Below are positions 17,705 through 25,769 of a stretch of DNA of 32,000 nucleotides, in pieces; position 1 is the stretch's first letter; the number at the start of each line of letters is the position of its first letter. The stretch lies in NCBI GenBank assembly GCA_040220555.1, contig JAVJUO010000195.1, one strand, 5' to 3'. The position numbers and the translations under genes were made by a program. The notes under the pieces were generated by a model that was not told where the DNA came from, ran no database searches, and worked only from the letters and a program-made list of their open reading frames with translations. The DNA comes from Coleofasciculus sp. C1-SOL-03 (GTDB taxonomy: Bacteria; Cyanobacteriota; Cyanobacteriia; Cyanobacteriales; Coleofasciculaceae).

Positions 17705-18475
17705 ATGACGCCTGACGTAGAAACCTTACCCCAGCAACCCGACACCAGTGAAACCGACAACCTCGACGAACTTCCCAATGATGTCGAGATGTCACTGTTT
17801 GATCACTTAGAAGAGTTGCGGCGGCGCATTTTCTATTCGCTGCTGGCTGTAGCCGTTGGTGCGATCGGCTGCTTTGTCGCGGTTAAATACATTGTTCAGG
17901 TATTGGAAATCCCGGCTCAAGGCGTTAAATTTTTGCAATTGGCTCCCGGTGAATACTTCTTTGTTTCCCTGAAAGTAGCGGGTTACAGTGGTTTGCTGGT
18001 AGCGACACCTTTCATTCTTTACCAAGTGATTCAGTTTGTCTTACCGGGATTAACTCGCCGCGAACAACGCTTGATTGCACCTATAGTTTTCGGTTCGAGT
18101 ATTCTGTTTTTTGTCGGGTTGGCATTTTCCTACATTGCCTTAATTCCCGCCGCGCTGAAATTCTTTATTAGTTACGGCGCTGATGTGGTTGAGCAAGCTT
18201 GGTCAATTGAACGGTATTTTGAATTTGTGCTGCTTCTCATGTTCAGTACAGGGATAGCGTTTCAAGTCCCAATTATTCAGCTTCTCTTGGGAAATTTAGG
18301 CATTGTCTCATCCTCTCAAATGCTTTCCGGTTGGCGGATTGTTATTTTAGGTGCAGTGATTCTCGGTGCTGTGCTAACTCCTTCCACTGATCCTCTGACT
18401 CAAAGCTTACTTGCTGGCGCGGTTATCGGTCTTTACTTTGGCGGAATTGGTCTGGTTAAGCTGTCAGGCAAGTGA
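17705..18475 (+). CDS. tatC: Sec-independent (Tat) protein translocase subunit TatC
   Basis: 256 aa. The motif [19 protein letters not shown] is followed by six TM segments, with FQVPI and TPSTDP motifs typical of TatC. Confidence 0.9.
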   Translation: MTPDVETLPQQPDTSETDNLDELPNDVEMSLFDHLEELRRRIFYSLLAVAVGAIGCFVAVKYIVQVLEIPAQGVKFLQLAPGEYFFVSLKVAGYSGLLVATPFILYQVIQFVLPGLTRREQRLIAPIVFGSSILFFVGLAFSYIALIPAALKFFISYGADVVEQAWSIERYFEFVLLLMFSTGIAFQVPIIQLLLGNLGIVSSSQMLSGWRIVILGAVILGAVLTPSTDPLTQSLLAGAVIGLYFGGIGLVKLSGK

Positions 18476-18513
18476 TTGAGTTCGTAGTTTGTAGTACGGG
18501 AACCTTAGCCTGT

Positions 18514-18519
18514 TATAAT
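18514..18519 (+). promoter_or_regulatory. Candidate -10 box (TATAAT) for the non-coding RNA upstream of iscB
   Basis: A perfect TATAAT hexamer sits in the tatC-iscB spacer. It predicts a transcription start near 18526, about 17 nt before the first conserved-looking helix. There is no convincing -35 element (TTTGTA at 18488-18493 has 20-nt spacing). Confidence 0.4.
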
Positions 18520-18525
18520 TCTGGG

Positions 18526-18762
18526 TTGACTATTAGCGTAACAGCTATCCACTCAACACAGGACAACTGTGGACAAGATAGCCAGACTGAGGCTTAAAAG
18601 CCTACGTTAAAGGGGTTAAGACACCTACGAATGCTTTCCAGTTTGTAGCTCTGTCGTCAAGGATTAAACAGGTGTATTGAGTTAAGCCAGTGTCTTTGAC
18701 CGAACAAGCTTCTTTAACTTTGTCGAGGAACACGTTACCGGAGCAATCCGAGATTAAAACTT
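18526..18762 (+). ncRNA. Candidate omega-RNA (guide + scaffold) of the IscB nuclease; the 5' end is approximate
   Basis: This ~237-nt non-coding stretch lies directly 5' of iscB on the same strand. It contains many nested or long-range helices: GCTATC 18544-18549 with GATAGC 18577-18582; CACAG 18557-18561 with CTGTG 18567-18571; GGCT 18591-18594 with AGCC 18599-18602; AAGACAC 18619-18625 with GTGTCTT 18690-18696; CTACGAA 18625-18631 with TTTGTAG 18642-18648; GTTAAAG 18607-18613 with CTTTAAC 18712-18718. A CGGA-GCAA-TCCG GNRA hairpin sits at 18739-18750. Confidence 0.55.
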
Positions 18763-20064
18763 ATGTTTGTGTTTGTACTGGACAAAAATAAAAAACCACT
18801 CGCTCCTACTCACCCAGCACGCGCAAGAAAACTGCTTCGTACTGGCAGAGCGTCAGTGTTTCGTCGCTTTCCATTCACCGTCATTTTGCACGACACAGAG
18901 GTAGAGAACTCTCAAGTCACGAAATACAGATTAAAAATCGACCCCGGGGCGAAAGTCACAGGGATTGCCATCCTCAAAAGCAATGTGGTGATATGGGCAG
19001 CCGAATTAACTCATAGAGGCTTCGCTATCCGAGATGCACTTACCACCCGTCGTCAATTACGCAGGTCGCGACGCAATCGCCAAACTAGATACCGTAAAGC
19101 ACGGTTCAATAACCGCCGCCGTCCCAAAGGGTGGTTGCCACCATCTCTAAACAGTCGAGTTCAAAATATATTGACTTGGGTAAGGCGATTATCAGGAGTT
19201 TGTCCGATCACGGGCATTAGCCAGGAGCTAGTCAGGTTCGATCTACAAAAGATGCAGAACTCAGAGGTATCTGGCGTCGAGTATCAACAGGGCGAGCTGG
19301 CTGGCTACGAGGTTCGCGAGTATCTCCTGGAAAAGTTCAATCGCTGTTGTGTCTACTGCGGTGCAACCGACACTCGACTAGAAGTCGAACACGTCAAACC
19401 ACGCTCACTTGGCGGCAGTAACCGCGTGAGCAACCTAGCCATCGCTTGTCATAGGTGCAACCAAGCTAAAGGCAATCAAGACATTCGAGAATTCTTGGCA
19501 GGCAAACCAAGTGTTCTCAATCGGATTCTTGCTCAACTCAAGAAGCCATTAGTTGATGCTGCTGCTGTTAATACGACCCGATGGGTTTTGTTTGAGCGAC
19601 TCAAAGCCACGGGGCTACCCGTGGAAACTGGGATGGGTGGACAAACCAAGTTTAATCGCATTCGTCTGGGATTAGAAAAAACTCACTGGGGAGATGCGGT
19701 AGCTGTTGGCAGTTCAACACCCCACCGGGTCATAGTCAAAGTCGTCAAACCTTTGATAATCAAGGCTACAGGTTACGGGCATCGACGGATGTGCAATATC
19801 ACCAAGTTTGGCTTCCCTCAAGTGAATAACAAGGGTGAGCTAGCTGTTCGTTCTAGGGTGAAAAAGGTTCACGGCTTCCAGACTGGGGATATGGTAAAGG
19901 CTGCTGTCCCCAAAGGGAAAAACGCAGGTACTCATGTTGGTCGAGTCACAGTTAGAAAAACCGGGCAGTTTGATATTTCCACATCTATCCAGAAGCTTCA
20001 AATCATTAACCACAAATACTGCACACCAATCCATCGGCATGATGGCTATAGTTATGCCACATAA
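18763..20064 (+). CDS. iscB: IscB-type RNA-guided endonuclease (split RuvC with inserted HNH; RRXRR/bridge helix; PLMP-like N-terminus)
   Basis: 433 aa. PLMP-like N-terminus: FVLDKNKKPLAPTHPARARKLL. RuvC-I: RLKIDPGAKVTGIAIL (D60). Arg-rich helix: TTRRQLRRSRRNRQTRYRKARFNNRRRPKGW. RuvC-II: GISQELVRFD (E155). HNH: CCVYCGATDTRLEVEHVKPRSLGGSNRVSNLAIACHRCNQAKGN. RuvC-III: KTHWGDAVAV (H308, D311). A ~100-aa C-terminal beta-rich domain follows. Confidence 0.85.
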   Translation: MFVFVLDKNKKPLAPTHPARARKLLRTGRASVFRRFPFTVILHDTEVENSQVTKYRLKIDPGAKVTGIAILKSNVVIWAAELTHRGFAIRDALTTRRQLRRSRRNRQTRYRKARFNNRRRPKGWLPPSLNSRVQNILTWVRRLSGVCPITGISQELVRFDLQKMQNSEVSGVEYQQGELAGYEVREYLLEKFNRCCVYCGATDTRLEVEHVKPRSLGGSNRVSNLAIACHRCNQAKGNQDIREFLAGKPSVLNRILAQLKKPLVDAAAVNTTRWVLFERLKATGLPVETGMGGQTKFNRIRLGLEKTHWGDAVAVGSSTPHRVIVKVVKPLIIKATGYGHRRMCNITKFGFPQVNNKGELAVRSRVKKVHGFQTGDMVKAAVPKGKNAGTHVGRVTVRKTGQFDISTSIQKLQIINHKYCTPIHRHDGYSYAT

Positions 20065-20162
20065 TCCACTTTTGTCCATTGATTTAATGACTAGAGGCGC
20101 ACCGATCGCTCAGGAATTGACTCATGTCCGCTTGAATCCCCCTAAATCGTGAAACCTCAGTC

Positions 20163-20222
20163 GGGGCGGGTTTAGTGACATCTGGGTGCAACTGAAAAGA
20201 TAGTCGTGAAACCCGCTCCTAC
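20163..20222. repeat. GGGGCGGGTTT...AAACCCGCTCC(TAC) long hairpin repeat
   Basis: An 11-bp stem (one G-T pair) joins 20163-20173 to 20209-20219, followed by TAC. It belongs to the same family as the hairpins at 13284-13516 and 27202-27225. A half-site AAACCCGCCCCTAC is at 17491-17504. Confidence 0.8.
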
Positions 20223-20253
20223 ACACATTACGCCCCATGCCGTAAAAAGTCAG

Positions 20254-20297
20254 ATCTCCCTCATCTTCCCCATCTTCCTCATCTCCCCCATCTTCCC
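20254..20297. repeat. Imperfect CATCTYCCC-type short tandem repeats abutting the CHAT gene stop
   Basis: ATCTCCC TCATCTTCCC CATCTTCC TCATCTCCCC CATCTTCCCC. The stop codon (CTA on +) is at 20298-20300. Confidence 0.8.
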
Positions 20298-23200
20298 CTA
20301 CCAAGGACTACCAATCATCGTAAACGCTGCCCAATAATAAGGATGAGAGAAATTTTTGTCGGGTAATCCCGATACAACAGGGCGATTTTCCCCTTCTCCC
20401 AACCCACGCAATTCTCCGGATTCCACACGCACCTCCCCTCGCAGCATGGCGATTTGGGCGCGTCGCAGTGCCTCTGCTTTAATCGTTACATCCGGTTGAC
20501 CCAATTGATTGTAGAATTCGCTCATTAGGGCTAAAGAACCGCCATCACTGACGTACCAAAGACTGGCTAACGCTGACTTAACCCCAGCTTTAACCGCTAA
20601 TCCGGCAAAGCCTAACTCCGCTTCTATACTGCCAAAAGCAGTGCGACAGGCGCTTAAAACTAATAGGTCTACTTGGGGCTTCTCATGCCAACCCAGTTGG
20701 CGCATTTGGTCGAGTTGCAGTTTCGTGTCCCAAAGCTGAATATAAGAATTGCTGGGGTCTCCTTCTTGAAAATCCGCATGACTGGCAAGGTGGATGATTT
20801 GCCAAGGCTTTTGTTGGCGCTGAGTTTGCAGATTCTTGAGGGTGAATTGGTCGTTGAGGTAAGCTTCCCCTGACCAGACGTTTTGAGTAATCGTTTCTAG
20901 TTCAATGGGGACAGCAGGTAAGGGTCTTTGGTCAGTGAATTCAGAAGCGCCCATTGCCAGGACTGGGGCATCTTTGACGGGATTGTAGCGGGTATTGGTC
21001 AGGCTGATGCTGGGGATGGAACCGAGGGCGTATTTTTCGATGAGAAATTGTTCCCCGTCGTGTAAAGCCGCCATGGGGATAGTGCGTAAACCTGCGTCCA
21101 TGGAAAAGATGAGGGTGTCAATACCGAGGGCTTCTAGATGCGGTTCTAGGGGGGCAATCATCCAGTTATACAGTTGTTTTGCTGGCGTTAAATAGGCGGT
21201 AGGGCGTCGGTAATTGGTAACGGTTTGGCGGAATTCAACTAGAGTCTTTTTCAGAGTTTTGGCATTAGCGGCGGGAATGGTTTTGCGGATGGGAGTACCG
21301 TCGGGAACAACCATGATGAGTTCCAGTTGGTCGGGTAGGGAAACGGCGTAGACGATAACCGGGTGAGTGCCAGTTTCAGTGGTGATGGTGTTTAGGGTAT
21401 GGCGGATGGTTTCGACGCTGGTTTGTTCGTTGGCGATGTCTTCACCTAAGTAGTCTTCGTATTCTCCTTCAAATAGGTCATCAATGGCGGGAATGGCATC
21501 ATTGAGGTTTTGCGTCAGCAGGTTGGGGATGTTGATGCGTCCCGTGTCTAAGTTTCCTGTACCGGGAATCTGCCAGATAACACGAGATTCCCCGGTGAGG
21601 GGGTCTTGGTTGACTGAAGTTTCAGCACCGACAATATCGCCAATGAGGAAGGCTAAATCGGTTTGGGCGTCGCTGGGAGAATCAGAGGGGCGTTGTGAAC
21701 CTGGTGGGGTGGGGGGTTGAGTAGGGAGTTGAGGGTCAGCACCCGGTGAAGGAGAGGGTTGAGTGGGGGGTTGAGGATCAGAACCGGGTGCGGGGACGGA
21801 GATAATTTGAATGCCGTCTTGGGTGTGGGTGTAGGGAAATTCGGCGGTGGGAGAAATTGTTTGTTCGGGTACGGTATTACCTGTGGTAATTGCCCCGGCT
21901 GTACCGTTGGTGCTGGCATCACCAACCATAAAGGGAGTGACGCCTGCACCGCCGTGACGAATCGTAATTGTACCGCCTGCGGTGACGCCGCCTGTGGAAA
22001 TGCTGGCGGTTGTACCATTGAGATTGGGGAAAGAATCAGTGGCGCGGAAGAAGCTGGGGGTAGTGATTTCTACAGCGCCACCTGTGCCAGCGATGCCGCC
22101 TTCGGTGTTAATGCCTGCGACGGTAATATTGCCATTATCTGAGTTGAGGGTAATGTTACCCCCATTGCTAATAGCTGAATTAGAGACAATGGGTAGGGAA
22201 CCTGTATTGATGCTATCAGCAGCATTGAGGGTAATATCACCGCCATTACCATTACTGGAAAACGAACTGATACTGCCTTGATTGGTAATGGTGTCGTTGA
22301 GGATAGTAATGGCATCACCGCTATCAATGTCAATTGTGCCACCATTTCCATTACCACCGCTAGCGATGATGGTTTGGGTGGTAATATTGCCAGGAGCATT
22401 GAGGGTGATATTGCCACCTGCGCCGTTACTTAAAGAATTGAGAATGCCTGTGATTATTTCGTTGCCACTGGTAAGGTGTATGTCGCCACCATCACCGTTA
22501 ACGCCATTGGTGAGAAGGTCTTGGGTGGTAATTTTGCCTGTAGATTGGAGCGTGATCTCACCACCATTATTATTGCTTAAACCGTTGAGAATGGCTGTGG
22601 TGATGTTGCCGTTGCTATTGAAGTTAATTGTTCCACCTTGACCGTTTTCGCTACCGAATAAAATACTGTCCGTGGTGATATTTCCTGCTGCATCGAAAGT
22701 GATGTTGCCACCATTGGTATTTCCAGAAACGTTGAGAATGGCTGTCGTAATAATATCGCTGTCACTATTCAGATTAATGGTTCCCCCCTGACCATTATCG
22801 CTGCTAGCGATGATAGCGTTGGTGTTAATTTGACCAGCAGCTTGGAGGGTAATCGTGCCGCCAGTACCATTAGTTCCAGCACGAAGTATTCCGCTACTCG
22901 TGTTAATTCCGCCCCGATTATTGATCAGAGTAATATTTCTACCTGTGATATTACTCGCTGTGATATCGCCACTAGAATTATTCGTTAACCCCTCACCTGT
23001 ACCGAGAATTAAGGTTGTATCGCCTGTACCCGAATTGAGTGTAACTTCAGGGGCGATGGAGATGACCGCTTGACCAGGGTCACGATGAGCATTAATCACT
23101 CCATTGGCAGTGGTTTCGTTGGCAATCAGGCTGAGGTTACCATTATTGGTGAAGATAGAGGAATTGACGAGAATGCTGCGCCCTGCCTGAAAGGTAAGTC

Positions 23201-25769
23201 CACCACCATTTCCACTGGGGTTGTTGGTGACAATCGGTTGCTCCACGATAATGTCTGTATTGGCTTGCATCACCACATCAGTACCTGTATTGGTAATTGC
23301 AGTGATGGCGCTAGGGGCAATGCTCACAGATTCAGCAGGGTTGTCATTGAACCTCAAACTTAATTCCCCACCGCTGTCACCATCGCGAGAGAATAAAAAG
23401 GCTTGCCCTGCATCATTGACTCCCCCGGAGGTGTTACGAAAAGCGCCAATCAGGATGTCGCTGCCCACTGCCGCTACTGACCAGCCGAACCTGCCCTCTG
23501 GGACAGGTTGGGGATTGTCGAAGGTTTGCAGCAGTGTTCCATCCCGGTTAAATAAAAAGGCTTGCCCTGCATCATTGACTCCCCCGGAGGTGTTGCGTTG
23601 AGCGCCAATCAGGATGTCGCTGCCCACTGTCGCTACTGACCCGCCGAACCTGCCCTCTGGGACAGGTTGGGGATTGTCGAAGGTTTGCAACAGTGTTCCT
23701 GTTGGGTTAAATAAAAAGGCTTGCCCTGCCTTAGGCAATCCCCCGGATGTGTTATTAAAAGCGCTAATCAGAATGTCGCTGCCCACTGCCGTTACTGACG
23801 CACCGAAATGACCAGGTTCTACAGGTTGGGGATTGTCAAAGGTTTGCAACAGTGTTCCATCCCGGTTAAATAAAAAGGCTTGCCCTGCACCACTGACTCC
23901 CCCAGAGGTGTTACTAAAAGCGCCAATCAGGATGTCGCTGCCCATTGCCGCTACTGAGATGCCGAAGTTGCCACCTGCGACAGGTTGGGGATTGTCAAAG
24001 GTTTGCAGTAGTGTTCCTGTTGGGTTAAATAAAAAGGCTTGCCCTGCCCTAGGCAATCCCCCGGAAGTGTTACCAACAGCGCCAATCAGGATGTCGCTGC
24101 CCACCGTCGCTACTGACCTGCCGAAATGACCATATTCTACAGGTTGGGGATTGTCAAAGGTTTGCAACAGTGTTCCATCCCGGTTAAATAAAAAGGCTTG
24201 CCCTGCATCTTCAAATCCCCCGGAGATGTTGAGGTCAGCGCCAATCAGAATGTCGCTGCCCACTGCCGCTACTGAGAAGCCGAATAAGCCATTTTCTATA
24301 GGTTCGGGATTAAGAAAAGTAACTAAAGGATTATTCGGGTCTCTTATGGTAATTGTTTTCGGGTCAAGCAGCAATGTCCCCGGTTGACCAAAAGATGCCC
24401 CCGCATCCACAAACCCGGTAAAAATCAGCAATTCTTTTCCCGACACCTCCACTAATCCTCCATCTCCCCCACTATCTCCCCCACGAGCGCTGATGTTACC
24501 GTAGAAGCGGGTAAGTTCATCCGACCAAAGAACCACTTCACCCCCATCTGCTGTTACTCCAGACTCTGAGGAAACGCCATCGGCGGTAATTGTCGAATCG
24601 GCACTGACGAGGGTTTGCCTCGCACGGGGTAGGGTATTCTGTCCTTGATAGTCTCCACCAATATGAATGGTGCCGCCACCCCCCATCCCGGAGGCGTCAA
24701 CAGTAGCAGCAAAGAGTCCCACGTTATCGCCTAATACAGTAACATTACCGCCCATCCCAGAGGAGAGGGCATTGCCTGAATCTTCTACATCCGACACGTC
24801 CAGACTACCCGAAACAATCGCTGTTCCAGCTTCATGGGGTATGGTTATCCCGGATTCGGTTAACTGCACCTGTTGAGTCTGAGTCACACTCAACCCTGTT
24901 TCCATCGTTTCAGTTTCTTCTCCGGTGAGTAATGCCGCTAAATCCAGGGGACTCACAGGTAACATTTGCCCTGTACTATCCTCTAGTGGTTCAATCTCCA
25001 AACTCAACACCTGTCCCGGTTGACTAATCCGGACTAAGTTCTCTCCCGGTACAGCAGCGATGGTAATTGTTCCTCCCGGTGCGGTTATTTGCCCTGTGTT
25101 CACCACTGTGCCACCCAGTAAGGTTAAATTCTGCCCTTCTGTGACAGCTAAATCCCCAGCATTGACAATACTGCCCGACTGCGCCAAATCAAAGGCAAAC
25201 TGACTAGGATTCCCAATTAACGTGTCGTAGTTATTATCACCAAAGGCATGAAACCAACCATTCTCCTCAAACCCAATTCCCGTCGCCGTAGTTGCGGTAA
25301 AATCCCCCATCACATTTAACTGGGAATTCGCCCCAAACACAATCCCCGCCGGATTCATTAAAAATAAATTGGCGTTCCCCCCCGTCGCCTGAATCAACCC
25401 ATCAATCATGGAGGCATTCCCGCCCATTACACGGGCTAAGATATTTTGAATATCTGGTGTAGAGAGAAAATTAGCAATCTCATTAGCCGAAAGTCCAAAC
25501 TCCTGGAAACTATGAAACAGGTTTGCCCCATCCCCCGATAGAGAACCCCCAGAAATATCGTACTGATTGCCATCAATCGTCACCACCGTACCCGTACCAT
25601 CCTCAGCCTGGGTAATCGATTGCGCCTGAACCGGAGACATGGAGTGAAGCGTAACCATGCCCAGAGAAATTATTCCCCCTAGAGAAAATAATCCAGGTAA
25701 TTTGCCAACGGAGGAGTTGCACATTTTGCTAACCTGACTTTCACAAATATGCCTAGAATTCTGCCACAT
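20298..25769 (-). CDS. Giant secreted protein: TPS (filamentous-haemagglutinin N-terminal) domain + FG-GAP-like repeats + beta-helix repeats + Pro-rich linker + C-terminal CHAT domain
   Basis: 1823 aa. Signal peptide (the likelier start is M16 at 25724: MCNSSVGKLPGLFSLGGIISLGMVTLHSMSPVQAQ). TPS motifs: ANLFHSFQEFGL, NILARVMGGNASMIDGLI and NLFLMNPAGIVFG. Six copies of FGxSVAxVGSDILIGA...AGQAFLF..GTLLQTFDNPQPV. GGxITL-type beta-helix repeats. Linker PAPGSDPQPPTQPSPSPGADPQLPTQPPTPPG. CHAT His/Cys dyad context: IIHLASHADF and LLVLSACRTA. Confidence 0.9.
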   Translation of the reverse strand: MWQNSRHICESQVSKMCNSSVGKLPGLFSLGGIISLGMVTLHSMSPVQAQSITQAEDGTGTVVTIDGNQYDISGGSLSGDGANLFHSFQEFGLSANEIANFLSTPDIQNILARVMGGNASMIDGLIQATGGNANLFLMNPAGIVFGANSQLNVMGDFTATTATGIGFEENGWFHAFGDNNYDTLIGNPSQFAFDLAQSGSIVNAGDLAVTEGQNLTLLGGTVVNTGQITAPGGTITIAAVPGENLVRISQPGQVLSLEIEPLEDSTGQMLPVSPLDLAALLTGEETETMETGLSVTQTQQVQLTESGITIPHEAGTAIVSGSLDVSDVEDSGNALSSGMGGNVTVLGDNVGLFAATVDASGMGGGGTIHIGGDYQGQNTLPRARQTLVSADSTITADGVSSESGVTADGGEVVLWSDELTRFYGNISARGGDSGGDGGLVEVSGKELLIFTGFVDAGASFGQPGTLLLDPKTITIRDPNNPLVTFLNPEPIENGLFGFSVAAVGSDILIGADLNISGGFEDAGQAFLFNRDGTLLQTFDNPQPVEYGHFGRSVATVGSDILIGAVGNTSGGLPRAGQAFLFNPTGTLLQTFDNPQPVAGGNFGISVAAMGSDILIGAFSNTSGGVSGAGQAFLFNRDGTLLQTFDNPQPVEPGHFGASVTAVGSDILISAFNNTSGGLPKAGQAFLFNPTGTLLQTFDNPQPVPEGRFGGSVATVGSDILIGAQRNTSGGVNDAGQAFLFNRDGTLLQTFDNPQPVPEGRFGWSVAAVGSDILIGAFRNTSGGVNDAGQAFLFSRDGDSGGELSLRFNDNPAESVSIAPSAITAITNTGTDVVMQANTDIIVEQPIVTNNPSGNGGGLTFQAGRSILVNSSIFTNNGNLSLIANETTANGVINAHRDPGQAVISIAPEVTLNSGTGDTTLILGTGEGLTNNSSGDITASNITGRNITLINNRGGINTSSGILRAGTNGTGGTITLQAAGQINTNAIIASSDNGQGGTINLNSDSDIITTAILNVSGNTNGGNITFDAAGNITTDSILFGSENGQGGTINFNSNGNITTAILNGLSNNNGGEITLQSTGKITTQDLLTNGVNGDGGDIHLTSGNEIITGILNSLSNGAGGNITLNAPGNITTQTIIASGGNGNGGTIDIDSGDAITILNDTITNQGSISSFSSNGNGGDITLNAADSINTGSLPIVSNSAISNGGNITLNSDNGNITVAGINTEGGIAGTGGAVEITTPSFFRATDSFPNLNGTTASISTGGVTAGGTITIRHGGAGVTPFMVGDASTNGTAGAITTGNTVPEQTISPTAEFPYTHTQDGIQIISVPAPGSDPQPPTQPSPSPGADPQLPTQPPTPPGSQRPSDSPSDAQTDLAFLIGDIVGAETSVNQDPLTGESRVIWQIPGTGNLDTGRINIPNLLTQNLNDAIPAIDDLFEGEYEDYLGEDIANEQTSVETIRHTLNTITTETGTHPVIVYAVSLPDQLELIMVVPDGTPIRKTIPAANAKTLKKTLVEFRQTVTNYRRPTAYLTPAKQLYNWMIAPLEPHLEALGIDTLIFSMDAGLRTIPMAALHDGEQFLIEKYALGSIPSISLTNTRYNPVKDAPVLAMGASEFTDQRPLPAVPIELETITQNVWSGEAYLNDQFTLKNLQTQRQQKPWQIIHLASHADFQEGDPSNSYIQLWDTKLQLDQMRQLGWHEKPQVDLLVLSACRTAFGSIEAELGFAGLAVKAGVKSALASLWYVSDGGSLALMSEFYNQLGQPDVTIKAEALRRAQIAMLRGEVRVESGELRGLGEGENRPVVSGLPDKNFSHPYYWAAFTMIGSPW
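23368..24321. repeat. Six tandem 159-bp (53-aa) intragenic repeats (FG-GAP-like blades)
   Basis: The anchor GGCTTGCCCTG recurs at 23400, 23559, 23718, 23877, 24036 and 24195, an exact 159-bp period. The outer limits are approximate. Confidence 0.9.

Larger units (their letters stand above)
18480..20150 (+). mobile_element. Non-autonomous IS200/IS605-superfamily IscB element (omega-RNA + iscB, no tnpA); boundaries approximate
   Basis: IscB genes are cargo of IS200/IS605-type elements. This one sits in the spacer between tatC (ends 18475) and the convergent CHAT gene (ends 20298). The ends cannot be fixed from a single copy. Confidence 0.4.

Noticed and set aside
18526-18531. TTGACT occurs both at the predicted omega-RNA 5' end (18526-18531) and downstream of iscB (20117-20122). 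I considered it as a target-site or end motif of the element.
   Set aside because: A 6-nt match is expected by chance in 1.6 kb. The flanking bases agree only loosely, so it cannot define the element ends without other copies.
19840-20152. Small ORFs overlapping the 3' end of iscB (19840-20079 minus, 19934-20152 plus), considered as a possible TnpA or accessory gene.
   Set aside because: They are too short, overlap the well-supported iscB frame, and show no HUH or catalytic-Tyr transposase motifs.
23221-24387. A ladder of plus-strand ORFs (23221-23601, 23614-23811, 23833-24129, 24151-24387 and others from 20673 to 24876) with repeating peptides such as NKKACPA..PPEVL..APIRMSLPT.
   Set aside because: They lie antisense to the 1823-aa CHAT gene. 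Their repetition simply mirrors its 159-bp repeats, and the minus-strand frame has clear domain content.
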